Made by a program: the position numbers and the translations under genes. Of a DNA stretch of 64,000 nt, positions 10,801-21,000 are shown one piece after another. Where the stretch lies: contig JAQUCE010000009.1 of NCBI GenBank assembly GCA_028686345.1, forward strand, positions 1,343 through 65,342, written 5' to 3'. The notes below the pieces were generated by a model. It saw nothing but the letters and a program-made list of their open reading frames with translations. It made no database searches and was not told the DNA's origin. This DNA comes from Kiritimatiellia bacterium (GTDB lineage: Bacteria; Verrucomicrobiota; Kiritimatiellia; RFP12; UBA1067). The number at the start of each line of letters is the position of its first letter. The first letter of the stretch is position 1.

Positions 10801-11249
10801 CGGTAGGCATCGCTTTCATAATTATCCCCTAGCCCCTCAGGCGGAAGGGCTTTCATAGAGCCGCCCGAGTCTTCGCAGGCAAGCATGAAAATAATACGCG
10901 CCACTAGACGGTAGAAGAGTGCCACCGCCGTTGCCGCGCAGATGGCGGCGAAGAGGTTGAGACGCACGGGCAGTGTCCCATACGGGATCTGAGCCACCAG
11001 TTGGCTGACATAGGTGAAGAGCGGGTTGGAGAGATAGGCGGTTTGCGTGATTTTGGCGGCTACCGCGGTTAGGGCAGCGGTCTCTCCAGGATAAATGCTC
11101 CTGTAAAGCGTGAGCCAATAGAGCACCAGCGGCACAATAAAAGTGAGCGGCGCGAAGATACGCGCTGCCAGCCAAGGGGAGAATTTTAACCGCAGTTTTT
11201 CTAAACTCATTGCCACTCCTTCTATTGGAACAGGTTCTTGAATGACCAC
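7809..11249 (-). CDS. large polytopic membrane protein (DUF2723/TMEM260-like, putative glycosyltransferase) fused to C-terminal TPR repeats
   Basis: About 500 aa with >10 predicted TM helices, followed by ~600 aa of TPR-like repeats. There is a 4-nt overlap with the downstream acyltransferase gene. Confidence 0.5.
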   Translation of the reverse strand: MVIQEPVPIEGVAMSLEKLRLKFSPWLAARIFAPLTFIVPLVLYWLTLYRSIYPGETAALTAVAAKITQTAYLSNPLFTYVSQLVAQIPYGTLPVRLNLFAAICAATAVALFYRLVARIIFMLACEDSGGSMKALPPEGLGDNYESDAYRGVGAAARALSQNAVESVPEEVLMHNQRASYTAILGALGAAAVLAFSGPFWFAATRLYPYTFDLMLFFLVINLVISYDQKGRSLALLAAIFLLATCSVESAIFLILAPVGVLFLYRSMKLSEQFTTGNVLLCIIVGLAGSALAMVILWNAASWCINIEKPALRPLLNVFQATMISEVSSWIPRYGWSRIFVLLLLPSILAFFVFGHSFTIRKPLFFALQLLLAAMLIPSLLNMPFAPWGIARQISKVPVYSYVIIAFIAGLLFAVWHLMREMYIEKLDDELDFYEYRDNPFVCRAGSLLCWPLLLLALFVPFRSYTDIDPSEGLFTNEVGERLFEQLQGKKLVLDIPFLKHEILIAAHQHNQMLNLYSTSANDSGKLTQMSIEQIKADPTLGRFLPRLINAAEISPFSFMREWLTIDPQACSQIAIFSNPRRLLDFGYIAVPHGFFMELLPVGSELDTNKLITEFTDFSAAMYPYMFTEVRGEINLLANHRVAYRQQLAMTGNELAILLIERKQYQQAADILKQCALLAPGNLSVTLNSYHLAKDLGIDRDAIKYIELKLAEIPTGSSLLNTSTAELQVRSGTLADVATLEFAKKRFWTKANLFKNLSISQSDIALDPILEIRSKKRELYSAVAKEIAANELTEADSQLNILLDFDDKDHFALINKAKVAIMQKNIPEAGLWMDLAKENAVPPAKLIWHEVALLMLEGKLDEAREQLNEVIPDHASNSDLWALLAEILISKGEFAELQSRVYPALNSASSNQEHYMFYVVRGYILKHRGEEEYVAARAAFLKALEINSNLPEITSQLLDLDAVLGIPAFLEEDASKVLIDHPEHPQANCLMGRVRLSRNQLDLAEDFFVRSLAAKPTAAALTGLAETALRQGDATRAEGYIQQALALEPTSLEVLHVKTHILLALDKIDQASEIFSAIYAAKMDDNDVRLTMIRLLIKQGRLEEAAMTVSAMLEREDYLPRPIVRQLMSLAGQLSKELTHKNTTAPQ

Positions 11250-13372
11250 TTGCGCGGCTTTTTATAATTTCCTGCTTTGTTGTAATCAAATTCGACAAAG
11301 CCAATCTTGAACGCCGGTGACCCGGATTGCAGCTTAAAAGAGCTTGTTGCCGCATCTTCAAAGAGCGGGTCACCCTCGAATCCGCCCTGATCGCCCCCAC
11401 CACTCCTCTGCCACTCACCAAAGGATTTGCCCTCAAAATCAATCGGCCCTGAGCGCATATGCCAGACGTTGTTGCTCCACACCACCCTCTTTTCAGTAGT
11501 GCGCGGCTTGAAGGCAGGCCCTTGATCCCAGCAGACGATGTTGCGCTCAAAAACAAAGGAGCAGTGATCCTCCTTGCGTGTTGCGGCCACCTGGTACTCG
11601 CGGCTGTTGCAGAGAATGTTATTGCGGATGATGTTGTCGCGCCCGTAGTGCTGATGAAAGGAGCCGTCTTTGGTGTTGTAAACCAGGTTGTTCTCCATCA
11701 GAATGCCCTCGGAACCTTCGTCCGTGTAAAGGCCCCAGCCACCGTAGGTGTAGGAGTCAATATCATAAATCACATTGTTGCAGACCTTGGTGCCGAACGA
11801 GGTGCCCAGCGTGTACACGCCGCCCATATCGCCCAGGGTTTTTTGTCCAATATTATAGATCCGATTCCAGCAGATGCTGTTTCGTTGGGCAAAACTACCG
11901 CTGTAACCCCATACCCAACCAACCGAGACACCGGTGTAGTAAAAATCGCTGATCTCATTGTGAGTGATCTGGTTGTCGGAGCTGCTGCCAATCCAAACAG
12001 CGACTCCGCTGGCATGGAACCTTCCGCCGCTTTTTATGATACAGTTGTCAACCACGTTAAACGAACTGCACCAGGGGGATGTGTTGGTGGAAACCGCGGC
12101 TGGCGGCGGACGTCCTCCCTCTGAGCCAGGGGCGCCAATCCGGATGCCGCCAGAGCCTAAATCACTGATAATGCAGCTCTGAATCCGATTGCTAACACAA
12201 CCTGACCTGAACCAGATGCCATACTCACCAAGGTGCGAGAGGGTACACTCCTCAAAGGTGATGTTGTGCGCGCCATCTGCTAATATGGCCGGCTCCGTGC
12301 GTGAGGCCGCCTGCTGCGGCTCAAACTGGGTGGGCCCTGGCTGCTCCAGATCGCCAATAAACTCCGGTGAAAAATTGGCTTTGATCAATTGATCTTTGCG
12401 GCGTACAGAGTCGGTGTAGGAGAGTGTCAGATTATCAAAGTGGATGTGTTCAACAAAGTTTGTGGCACTGATATCGCCTTTAAAATGGAGCAATGCAATC
12501 AGGCCCGGACGCGGAATGATGAACTCGGAGCGGCTCAGCCGCTCGCCTGCCAGTGGCAGGTATCTGATTTGTTTATTAACGCCGTCATAAAACCACTCGC
12601 CCGGCTGATTCAATGCGCCGCGCAGGTTTTCAACATAGTACATGCTGTCTGGCTGCCACTTGTTCCACGACTTCCAAATGCCGCCCTGGGTGATAATGCT
12701 TTCACGCTCTTGATCAAAGTCAACGATAATCCGGCGGGTGGTGTCCCATTTGTGATGGACAATCAGCTGCGCGTATTTCAGTTCAGCCTTGTCGACTCCT
12801 TTGAGCAGGGCCAGCTCTCCGGCTTTAGCCGAAACCATTGCCTGAGCATGAACCGCCTTGGTGGTGCTGTTGGTGATTACGCTTTGTTGGACACTCGCAG
12901 GTCGCAGAAAACCGGTGTCTGGATACCGCGCCCGAACCGCGCGCCGTCCGTTGACATAAAGCGCCTCAAAATAGAGGGGGACGCCACTCTCATCAGATGG
13001 GATGTCACTCACCCAGCAACCGTCATCTGCTTCCTGCCAATCTGTCAGCCGCAGGCCGCCGGAGAGGATGGTTGAGTTGCCGTCCCCTTTATAGAGCACC
13101 GGAGCATCTGCGGTGCCTGAGTCGCATGGCTCAAAAACAACCGTCTCTTCAATCAAATACGTTCCTTTTTCCAGGTGGACCTGCCACGCTTCGCGGCTGC
13201 CTGCTGCTTTAGCCGCTCGAATTGTATCCCGGGCCTGCACCAAGGAGGTGAATGGATGCTTACGTGAACCATCCGCTCTCCCCTTGCCTGCGCTCTCCTC
13301 TGGTACAAGATAGAGATTGCCTGCCTGGGCCATGGCTGTGAAGAAAATCAGGTAACAACATAATCTGTTCAT
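11222..13372 (-). CDS. secreted right-handed parallel beta-helix (pectate-lyase fold) protein, probable glycan-active enzyme
   Basis: Signal peptide and repeated NxIxxN…G…IGxxxSxxNxI beta-helix turns (NNVIYDI…, ENNLVYNT…, RNNILCNS…). Confidence 0.6.
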   Translation of the reverse strand: MNRLCCYLIFFTAMAQAGNLYLVPEESAGKGRADGSRKHPFTSLVQARDTIRAAKAAGSREAWQVHLEKGTYLIEETVVFEPCDSGTADAPVLYKGDGNSTILSGGLRLTDWQEADDGCWVSDIPSDESGVPLYFEALYVNGRRAVRARYPDTGFLRPASVQQSVITNSTTKAVHAQAMVSAKAGELALLKGVDKAELKYAQLIVHHKWDTTRRIIVDFDQERESIITQGGIWKSWNKWQPDSMYYVENLRGALNQPGEWFYDGVNKQIRYLPLAGERLSRSEFIIPRPGLIALLHFKGDISATNFVEHIHFDNLTLSYTDSVRRKDQLIKANFSPEFIGDLEQPGPTQFEPQQAASRTEPAILADGAHNITFEECTLSHLGEYGIWFRSGCVSNRIQSCIISDLGSGGIRIGAPGSEGGRPPPAAVSTNTSPWCSSFNVVDNCIIKSGGRFHASGVAVWIGSSSDNQITHNEISDFYYTGVSVGWVWGYSGSFAQRNSICWNRIYNIGQKTLGDMGGVYTLGTSFGTKVCNNVIYDIDSYTYGGWGLYTDEGSEGILMENNLVYNTKDGSFHQHYGRDNIIRNNILCNSREYQVAATRKEDHCSFVFERNIVCWDQGPAFKPRTTEKRVVWSNNVWHMRSGPIDFEGKSFGEWQRSGGGDQGGFEGDPLFEDAATSSFKLQSGSPAFKIGFVEFDYNKAGNYKKPRKWSFKNLFQ

Positions 13373-13558
13373 AAATTAATCTTAAATTTCAGGTTGCAAA
13401 AATCTAACTATACCAATTAGCCGAAAAAAATGAAAGCAGTTTGAATATTGTTTTTCTAGTCGCCTAAGCGACTAGATCCGCGCCGGGCGCGGAGTGTTAA
13501 AGTGCGCGAGTGCGCGAGTAAAAAGGTCGTGCCTTTTGTGCGTGAGCAACGCAGCTCC

Positions 13559-13775
13559 GATTTCCAATCGGAGATCTCCGGTTGGAAACCAAGGCGCGAA
13601 GCAAGGAGGTCGTTCGCTATGCGGGCGACTGCGAGTGGCACGCGAAGGAACAGAGCACGCACTCTGGGCGGTTGCGCCTTCGGTTTACGATAGCGGCGAC
13701 GATGCTGGTGGACGATTTTACAAATGATCCCAATCGTCCACCAGCATCGTCGCACAGCATCGTCAGTGAGCCACG
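13559..13775. repeat. dispersed repeat family R1 copy (composite, includes the aggaggtcgttcgctatgcgggcgac module)
   Basis: Shares the ccaatcggagat.tccggttggaaac and gatcccaatcgtc…catcgtcgcacagcatcgtcag modules with ~3824 and ~44872. Confidence 0.55.
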
Positions 13776-14391
13776 AGGGTGCACATATCTAGCGGGGTGA
13801 AAGTCCCTGTCATGGCGGGTTAAGCTCCTCGTCATGTATCGAGTGTTGGAGCTCCTGCGGAGTACCGCAGTATGGTGCGAACAATGGAGGTTAAGCGTAC
13901 ACAGAGCATACCATAGGCCGTAAGGGGAACCGTATTCCCCTAAAGCAATTCAGCTTCGTGAAATGGTCAAGATGCGGTGGGCGACGGTTTTGACGTTCCG
14001 GAAGCCCTCATCGTCCATACCGGAAAAGAACGGTTACTTTGGCAGAGACATCTGCCGGGGTTGGAATAAACACCGGAGCGCCCGGATTTTCTTAGGGACA
14101 GGCACTGATTTTTCTTCCGAACGACAACTCTTACATTCCGCAGTGCAACGCACAGGCAGGCAGCCAGTTTTTAGCTCTCACAGATGCACAGAGCTCTCTG
14201 GGGAATATGCCGAGGTGAAAGAAAACACCTGCGATTAGGTACAGCGAAGATGGTGTTCCTCCATAATGCAAATCACACACGCGTGCGTTAAATTTACTCT
14301 TAAATCAAGTTTGCGCTTGGCTAAACCTCATTTTACCGCTACTATGATACACACGTTAATTTACAAAAGACGATAGGTCAGGAATAAAAAT

Positions 14392-16554
14392 ATGATAGTG
14401 GTAATACTTATTGCGGCTCTTGCCGCTGTTAGCCTTGCGGCTTTTAATCATTATGGGTTAAAAAAGATTGATGCCGGAACTCCGCTGATGAAGGAGATTG
14501 CAGCGGCCATTCAGGAGGGAGCCGATGCCTTTATCAGGCTTGAATATCGGATTATCTTCTGGGTTTCGCTGGGGGTGATAGCTCTATTGCTCATTTTTGT
14601 CTCCTGGTCTGCGGCGGTGGCCTATGCCCTGGGGGCTTTTTTGAGTGCCAGCGCGGGGTGGGTGGGGATGAAAACCGCCGTGATTGCCAACGTGCGTGTC
14701 TCTAATACCGCACGTTTAACTAAAGACATTGGTAAAACACTGAAGGTTGCCTTTCAAGGGGGCAGTGTAATGGGCCTCTGCGTTGGCGGCTTTGCTCTGT
14801 TGGGGCTTGGTATCATCTATCTTGTTTTTGGTAAACTGCTCGGCCAGCTAGACCCGGTGAATCTGGTGTTTCACAAAAACTGGCTTGGGATCAGCGATAT
14901 ACCTTTTACAATGACTGTTTCGAGCTATGCGCTCGGTTGTTCCATTATCGCGATGTTCAACCGTGTGGGTGGTGGCATCTATACCAAGGCGGCCGACATG
15001 GGGGCTGATCTTGTGGGGAAAACCGAGGCGGGCATTCCCGAGGATGATCCGCGTAACCCGGCAACAATTGCGGATAATGTCGGCGATAATGTGGGTGATG
15101 TGGCTGGACTGGGCTCTGACCTGCTGGAGAGCTTTGTCGGCGCCCTGATCTCCGCCATTGTACTGGCCATCTATACCGCCTACTCCTCGCATGGAAGGGC
15201 TGATGAGATTGGCAACAGCTTGGTGCAGAAGCTGGTCGCCTTTCCGCTGGCTTTTGCCGCGGTTGGACTGTTTTCGTCAATTCTGGCGATCCTGTGGATG
15301 ATGCTGCGTAAGTCATCGGATAACCCACACAGGGAGCTTAACATGACAACCTTTGCCGGCGCCAGTTTGACTCTGGTGTTGGCTGGTGTTGTCTCATGGT
15401 TTATGTTCAGCGGCGAGAGCGTCGCAAATATCGACTTTCGTTTCGGGGTGTTCTCGCCTTGGCTGAGTGCTGTTTTCGGAATTATCGGCGGCATCTTGAT
15501 CGGCTATATCGCAGAGTTTTTTACCAGTTATGATTACAAGCCCACCCAGGATATCGCGGCAGCGTCACTCGAAGGCGCTGCCCTGACCATTACGCAGGGG
15601 CTCTCCGCAGGCATGCTCTCCGTGTTTCTGCCGGTTGCACTGCTGGGAACCTGCATAATCGCGGCACATTTTACGGCTGGCCTCTACGGCGTGGCCATGG
15701 CTGCGATCGGGATGCTCTCTTTTGTGACAGTCACAGTCTCGGTTGACACCTATGGACCGATTGCCGACAATGCCGGCGGCATCAGCGAGATGGCCAAACT
15801 CGATCCAGCCGTGCGCGATATCACTGACCAACTCGATGCTGTTGGTAACACCACCGCTGCCATTGGCAAAGGCTTTGCCATTGGTTCCGCGGCGCTGGCA
15901 ACGCTCTCGCTCTTTGTCTCGTTCCTCTACGCTCAGGCGGGTGCCGCCTCTGAGGGGGGCTTGGTTCTGATGCTCAATATGGTGGACCCTTTGACACTGG
16001 TCGGCGCTTTTGTCGGCGGTTCGCTGCCCTATCTCTTCTCCGGCATACTGATTCAAGCGGTTGCCAATGCAGCCCGCAAGATGGTGCAGGAGGTGCGGCG
16101 TCAATTCAAAGCGGATCCCGGCATTATGGCGGGCACCAGCAAGCCGGATTATCACACCTGTGTCACAATCTCCTCAGCCGGCGCTTTGAAGGAGATGAAA
16201 ATCCCCGCTATGATCGCTGTGCTCTCGCCCCTGGCGGCGGGCTTTATCTTCGGCCCTAACTTTGTCGGCGGACTGCTGATCGGTGCCACAATATCCTCTA
16301 TCATGCTGGCGCTCTTCACTGCAAACTCAGGCGGAGCTTGGGATAATGCGAAAAAATACGTTGAGAGCGGTCACTATGGTGGACGCGGCTCAGATGCCCA
16401 TAAAGCCGCCGTGGTGGGCGACACTGTCGGCGATCCGCTGAAAGATACGGTCGGCCCCTCGCTGGATATCCTGATCAAAATTATGGCGGTTGTCTCGCTG
16501 ATCGCGGTCTCTGTCTTCAGCAAACACAATCTTTTCTCATATTTTTTTAATTGA
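14392..16554 (+). CDS. hppA: membrane-bound proton/sodium-translocating pyrophosphatase (H+-PPase)
   Basis: 720 aa. Diagnostic motifs GGIYTKAADMGADLVGK and DNVGDNVGDVAG, with about 16 TM segments. Confidence 0.9.
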   Translation: MIVVILIAALAAVSLAAFNHYGLKKIDAGTPLMKEIAAAIQEGADAFIRLEYRIIFWVSLGVIALLLIFVSWSAAVAYALGAFLSASAGWVGMKTAVIANVRVSNTARLTKDIGKTLKVAFQGGSVMGLCVGGFALLGLGIIYLVFGKLLGQLDPVNLVFHKNWLGISDIPFTMTVSSYALGCSIIAMFNRVGGGIYTKAADMGADLVGKTEAGIPEDDPRNPATIADNVGDNVGDVAGLGSDLLESFVGALISAIVLAIYTAYSSHGRADEIGNSLVQKLVAFPLAFAAVGLFSSILAILWMMLRKSSDNPHRELNMTTFAGASLTLVLAGVVSWFMFSGESVANIDFRFGVFSPWLSAVFGIIGGILIGYIAEFFTSYDYKPTQDIAAASLEGAALTITQGLSAGMLSVFLPVALLGTCIIAAHFTAGLYGVAMAAIGMLSFVTVTVSVDTYGPIADNAGGISEMAKLDPAVRDITDQLDAVGNTTAAIGKGFAIGSAALATLSLFVSFLYAQAGAASEGGLVLMLNMVDPLTLVGAFVGGSLPYLFSGILIQAVANAARKMVQEVRRQFKADPGIMAGTSKPDYHTCVTISSAGALKEMKIPAMIAVLSPLAAGFIFGPNFVGGLLIGATISSIMLALFTANSGGAWDNAKKYVESGHYGGRGSDAHKAAVVGDTVGDPLKDTVGPSLDILIKIMAVVSLIAVSVFSKHNLFSYFFN

Positions 16555-16572
16555 TCAAACAAGGAGGTTCAC

Positions 16573-17340
16573 ATGATTCACTACTACCTGACAGTTTTCC
16601 CGGTTGAGGCTCTTATCGCCTCGCAGCTCACCCCTGAGCAGTTTGGCAGTTATATGGCTGTCGGCTCTCATAAGGGCTCCGCGGAGCAGCTGATCTTCTG
16701 CGAGGTGGAAGAGGGCTTCGGTGATGTCTTTGACTGGGCGTTTGCCAAGGAAAAATGTGTTGCCCACCCCAACGGAGATCCCAAGTCTACGACCTATTTG
16801 TCGATCTACCGCGTGCTTGAGCATGTTCCGTTACAATATATGAAATCCCTGTTTCTCACCACCCAGGATGGTCGTACCCTGGAACTGCCGAAAACGGAGT
16901 ATGCCCCTGCGGCAGATTGGAAGGGGTGCGCGCTTTACAAAGAACTTTGTCCTGTTTCGCCTCTTGTGGCAAGCCGCCTCTCTCCCGGCGAGTTTGCAAA
17001 GTATATGGTGAAGGACACCCACAAGGTTCAGCTGCCAGCCATTGTTTTCGCGGATATCAGGATTCTGGAACAGAACAACCTGCGCGACAGCGGTAATGTG
17101 GGAACTGTTTCCAAGCTGGAGCTTGACCATATTCACGACTGCATCGGGCAGGTGGCCCTCAGCGGAGCGAAGCCAACCAAGACCGTTGACCGCTCTTTCT
17201 TCAAAAAATTCACCTATCAGACAATCGCGACAGGTATTTATGCGGCTGACTCCTCTGGCATTATCTTCTATCCCATGCCGGATGCCGAAACTCTCAAACG
17301 CGTCAACTACGACTGGGGCCGCTCAGCGTACATACTCTAA
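16573..17340 (+). CDS. hypothetical protein with internal two-fold sequence repeat, probably co-transcribed with hppA
   Basis: There are 18 nt between the hppA stop and this start, with an AAGGAGG RBS. The two halves share the pattern VxPxxALIASxLxPExFxxYM. Confidence 0.45.
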   Translation: MIHYYLTVFPVEALIASQLTPEQFGSYMAVGSHKGSAEQLIFCEVEEGFGDVFDWAFAKEKCVAHPNGDPKSTTYLSIYRVLEHVPLQYMKSLFLTTQDGRTLELPKTEYAPAADWKGCALYKELCPVSPLVASRLSPGEFAKYMVKDTHKVQLPAIVFADIRILEQNNLRDSGNVGTVSKLELDHIHDCIGQVALSGAKPTKTVDRSFFKKFTYQTIATGIYAADSSGIIFYPMPDAETLKRVNYDWGRSAYIL

Positions 17341-17420
17341 AGCACTAAAGCAGCTGGTCGCGGCAACCAAAAGAGGTTGTGTGATGTGCGGAAGTTTTTC
17401 GCCCTCACTGAAAAGTTGCG
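17338..17420. repeat. gene-3' repeat family R2 (TAAAGCAGCTGGTCGC…CAACCAAAAGAGGTTGTGTGATGTGCGGAAGTTTTTCGCCCTCAC…)
   Basis: The same element immediately follows stop codons at ~35463, ~44168 and ~50310. Confidence 0.6.
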
Positions 17421-17516
17421 GATGAAATTTCATTTATACTTGAGTGAATAAAAAAATTGCGAGTTCGATAAATGAATAATTGATATGTCAACGTAATTAA
17501 TTTACTATAGCAACAA

Positions 17517-18036
17517 ATGAATATTCTCCCAAATAGGTTAGGGCTTGTCTGCGTGTTGTCAATTAGCTGTGTGCTGAACAACATTGCGGCTTTCAATATT
17601 ACAATCAATAATGGGATATCCGCCTCAGCCTCCGCCACAAATGGCGCGGTTGTGCGCATTTATGCTAATGTTCCGGATCAAAATAAAGTGTTCAATAGCT
17701 GGGCAGGTAATATTACCGGAGTTGACGACCGTTACTCGCCCACGACTAGTGTCACTGTCGCGGAAGCTGATGTTACTCTGACGGCCACCTATGTCAATGC
17801 TCCTGAACAAAGTGACTGTCGCGGACAGCACGGTCAATATCGGCGCAAATGATTATGCGCCCGGCACGAAAGTCTCAATCAGCGCAGTTGAAAAAGCCTC
17901 GCTTGAATTCTCAGGTTGGTCGGTTACGCCGACCGGAACGGATCTCGGCTCTCTCTTTATTGGAACATCTGCTGAGACAGTGATTGAGGTGCCCAATGCA
18001 CTCGGGCATATAACAGTCAGCGCGGTGTATCAGTGA
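17517..18036 (+). pseudogene. small secreted protein with two InlB-B-repeat/Big-like domains, split by an apparent +1 frameshift near 17800-17850
   Basis: ORFs 17517..17852 (frame 0, signal peptide) and 17791..18036 (frame +1) each encode one domain of the same type (…ITINNG…FNSWAGNITG…VTLTATYV / …VTVADSTVNIG…FSGWSV…). Confidence 0.35.
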
Positions 18037-18047
18037 ATAATATTGAA

Positions 18048-21000
18048 ATGAGCAATAAATCCTATAGAGGTAAAAAGAACAACGATACGGGATCGGTCTT
18101 CAGGTCAATGCCGCTGCTGTGCCTGTCGGCCATTGCCGCCTTCTCGCTTTGCGCGGTGGCTGTTGCGGCGCTTACAGGTAAACCTGTCGCTGAACCCGAT
18201 GGCAGCGCGTTTGCCACCGCGTTGTTCAATCACTTGCGTTCCGATCCAGCCTTCAGCGTTGACGACCTTGTGGAGCGCTATATTTATGACCAGAATATTT
18301 TCACATACATAGCCCCTCCCGCCGCTGGTTACACCCTCTTTCAACCGGGAGCCACACTCTATCTTCCAGACAAAAACGAATTTTCGCGCGATTTTCTTGA
18401 TAACCTCGTCAGCTCTGAGGAGAGCGGCGATCACTGCGCATTCATCTGGATCTACGAAGATGCCCTCAGCCCCGGTCGCGAACTTGTGATCAGAAACGAC
18501 TATGATGTTGAGCTGGCCCGTATCGCCCGCGAACCGGGATACACCCCTGACTGGGTTGTGAATAGAATCTATCCGAATCTGGCACTCTATCCTCTAGCTT
18601 ACCAGAAGTATCTCGCCGAAATATTCGACCCCGCCCGCATCTGTATGCGCTATACCCTGATCGCGGGCGACTCCGCTCTTGTGGATTACGTTGATCTGAA
18701 AACAGAAAAATTTCTTTTGAGCCGCTCGCTTGCCTCGATGCAGCCAGCTACGATGGGTAGGGGTATCCCCGCATCGCACTCACTGACCAACCTGATGTTC
18801 ACCGCCGTTGAGCCACAGACAAACAACACCGTCAACCTGACCATCGGCTGGCCCGACAGCGGCCTGCCCACCAACCGGCTTGAGATATTCACCTGCGACA
18901 ACCTCTCCACCGGACTCTGGAACTCCGCCACAGTTGTAACAATCAATCTCGCCACCAACCGCTATCTCTGGACAGACTCCACCACAGCCCCGCGCCGCTT
19001 CTACCACTGCTTCGCCCTGCAGGACTCCGATGGAGATGGCATCACCACCGGACACGAAAAGCTCTTCTACGGTACTGACCCAGCTCTCTACGATACCGAC
19101 GTAGATGGTCTCTCGGACAGCTTCGAGCTCTTTGAAAACAGCTACACCAACACCATCCTCGGCGGTCCGGCCACACTCTGGACCGATCCTCTGGTCAAAG
19201 ACTCCGACGGCGATGGGCTGGATGACGGCGAGGAACGTCTGCTGGGAACCGATCCCTGGCGGATCGACTCCGATGGCGACCTCCTCTCCGATTACGAGGA
19301 GGTCAACGGCAACCCCGCCACCGACCCGCTTGATCCAGACAGCGATGATGACGGCCTTACCGATTACGAGGAGCAGGTGCTCGGCACCAATCCGCTCAAG
19401 GCCGATACCGATGGCGATGGCCTCACCGACTACGAAGAGGTTAACGGTGATCCAGCCACCAACCCTCTTCTCTGGAGCAGCGACTCCGACAACCTCAGCG
19501 ATGCGCAGGAGATTCTGCTCGGTACCGATCCCTTCAGCGCCGATACTGATGGTGATGGTCTGCCGGATGATGCCGAAGCGGTCCAGGTCGCCTCGCGTCC
19601 ATTCAGCTGGGAGTGGCACACCCTCACCAACGCTGTGAATATTTTCACGCATATGCCGGATGGCACAACCGGTGGTTTCGTATCAGAGCTGGCCCTGCCC
19701 TTCCCCGTCACAGTCGGCGGGGCCGTCCACACAAACATCGCCCTCTCTCTTGACGGTTATCTATTTCTGCTGAAATCAGGAGAGGCTCTTCCCTCCGAAC
19801 TGACGGTTGCCCCGTCCAATCTTTCGACAACCGCGCTGAACTCCCCGCATGAATTCATCGCACCCTACTGGAGCGACCTTCGTGCGTTTCCTTCATATGC
19901 CGGATCATCCATAAAAATGGCCGAGATAGCACCCACCAACGGCAACCGCCGCTGCGTCATCGAATACAAAAACCTCTGCGCCACCGGCATTGGAACTTAT
20001 GCCGACCACATCTCTTTCCAGATTGTGCTCACCGACAACCCGACCAACAACCTCATCACCGTCAACTACAACGATATCGCGCCGGTTTTGAACGGAGCCA
20101 ACGCTTGCATTGGAATACAGCGATCCGGTGCTCAGCAGTATGTTCGGGCATCCTACTCCTACAATCAGCCGGGAAGCATCTATAGCGGGCTCTCTCTCGC
20201 CTTCGCCCTCAATCCCGGCACCAATCCGCTGGAAAAAGATAGCGACCACGATGGACTCACCGACTACGAGGAGGTCAACGGCATTCCTGCCACCGATCCT
20301 CGTCAGCCCGACACCGACGGAGATGGACTTACGGATAAGTGGGAACGCGACAACAACATGAATCCCGCAGTCAATAATGATACCGATGGAATACCCAACA
20401 ACGGCGCGAATGAGGATTTTGATGGTGACGGCCTGACCAACGCTCAGGAGAACGACCTCGGCACCTCGGGTACAAGCGGTGACTCCGACGGCGATTTGAT
20501 CGGGGATGCCGCCGAATTAGCCAACGGCTCCGATCCGAATAATTCTGAAAGTTCCTCGTCCGGCGACCTTGTCCGAGCAGAGTTCTACTTCGGTGACCAC
20601 AGCGGCAGCAGCTCTGAGAAATACTGCCTGCGGCTCTCTCCCATGAACGGCATAGATCCGCGTGGAACCATCAGCATGGTCAACCTCAACTATGGTCAGT
20701 GTGAAACCAAGACCAACCTCCTCTATCGCGGTGAAGAGTACACCCTGACCCTTGAACATGCCGGCACCACAGAATCGGGATCGCCCGACTATGATTACAT
20801 CCTGAGGGTGACCGTCCCGCAGCCGCGCGTGATTGATGACCCCGACACTATCATCTGTGAGAACGAAGACAGCACCTCCTTCTACGCTCAGGGCAAGCAG
20901 GCCTACATCCGCATCGGCGGGCTTGACCTCGATATCGACCTAGACTATGATGGAACCGTGAACAACGACGGTTCAGAGGAACAGACTGAGGCCGGTCTCG

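Noticed and set aside
7809-11249. TPR protein as O-GlcNAc transferase (OGT)
   Set aside because: TPRs are C-terminal to a polytopic membrane domain, not N-terminal to a GT41 catalytic domain, and no GT-B signature is seen.
18780-19652. 290-aa minus-strand ORF, and similar antisense ORFs at 30295..30864, 25654..26229, 19105..19638 (+)
   Set aside because: These are alternative or antisense frames through the TSP3-repeat coding sequence. The Gly/Val/Ala-rich low-complexity translations are a by-product of the repetitive GAY-GGC codons.
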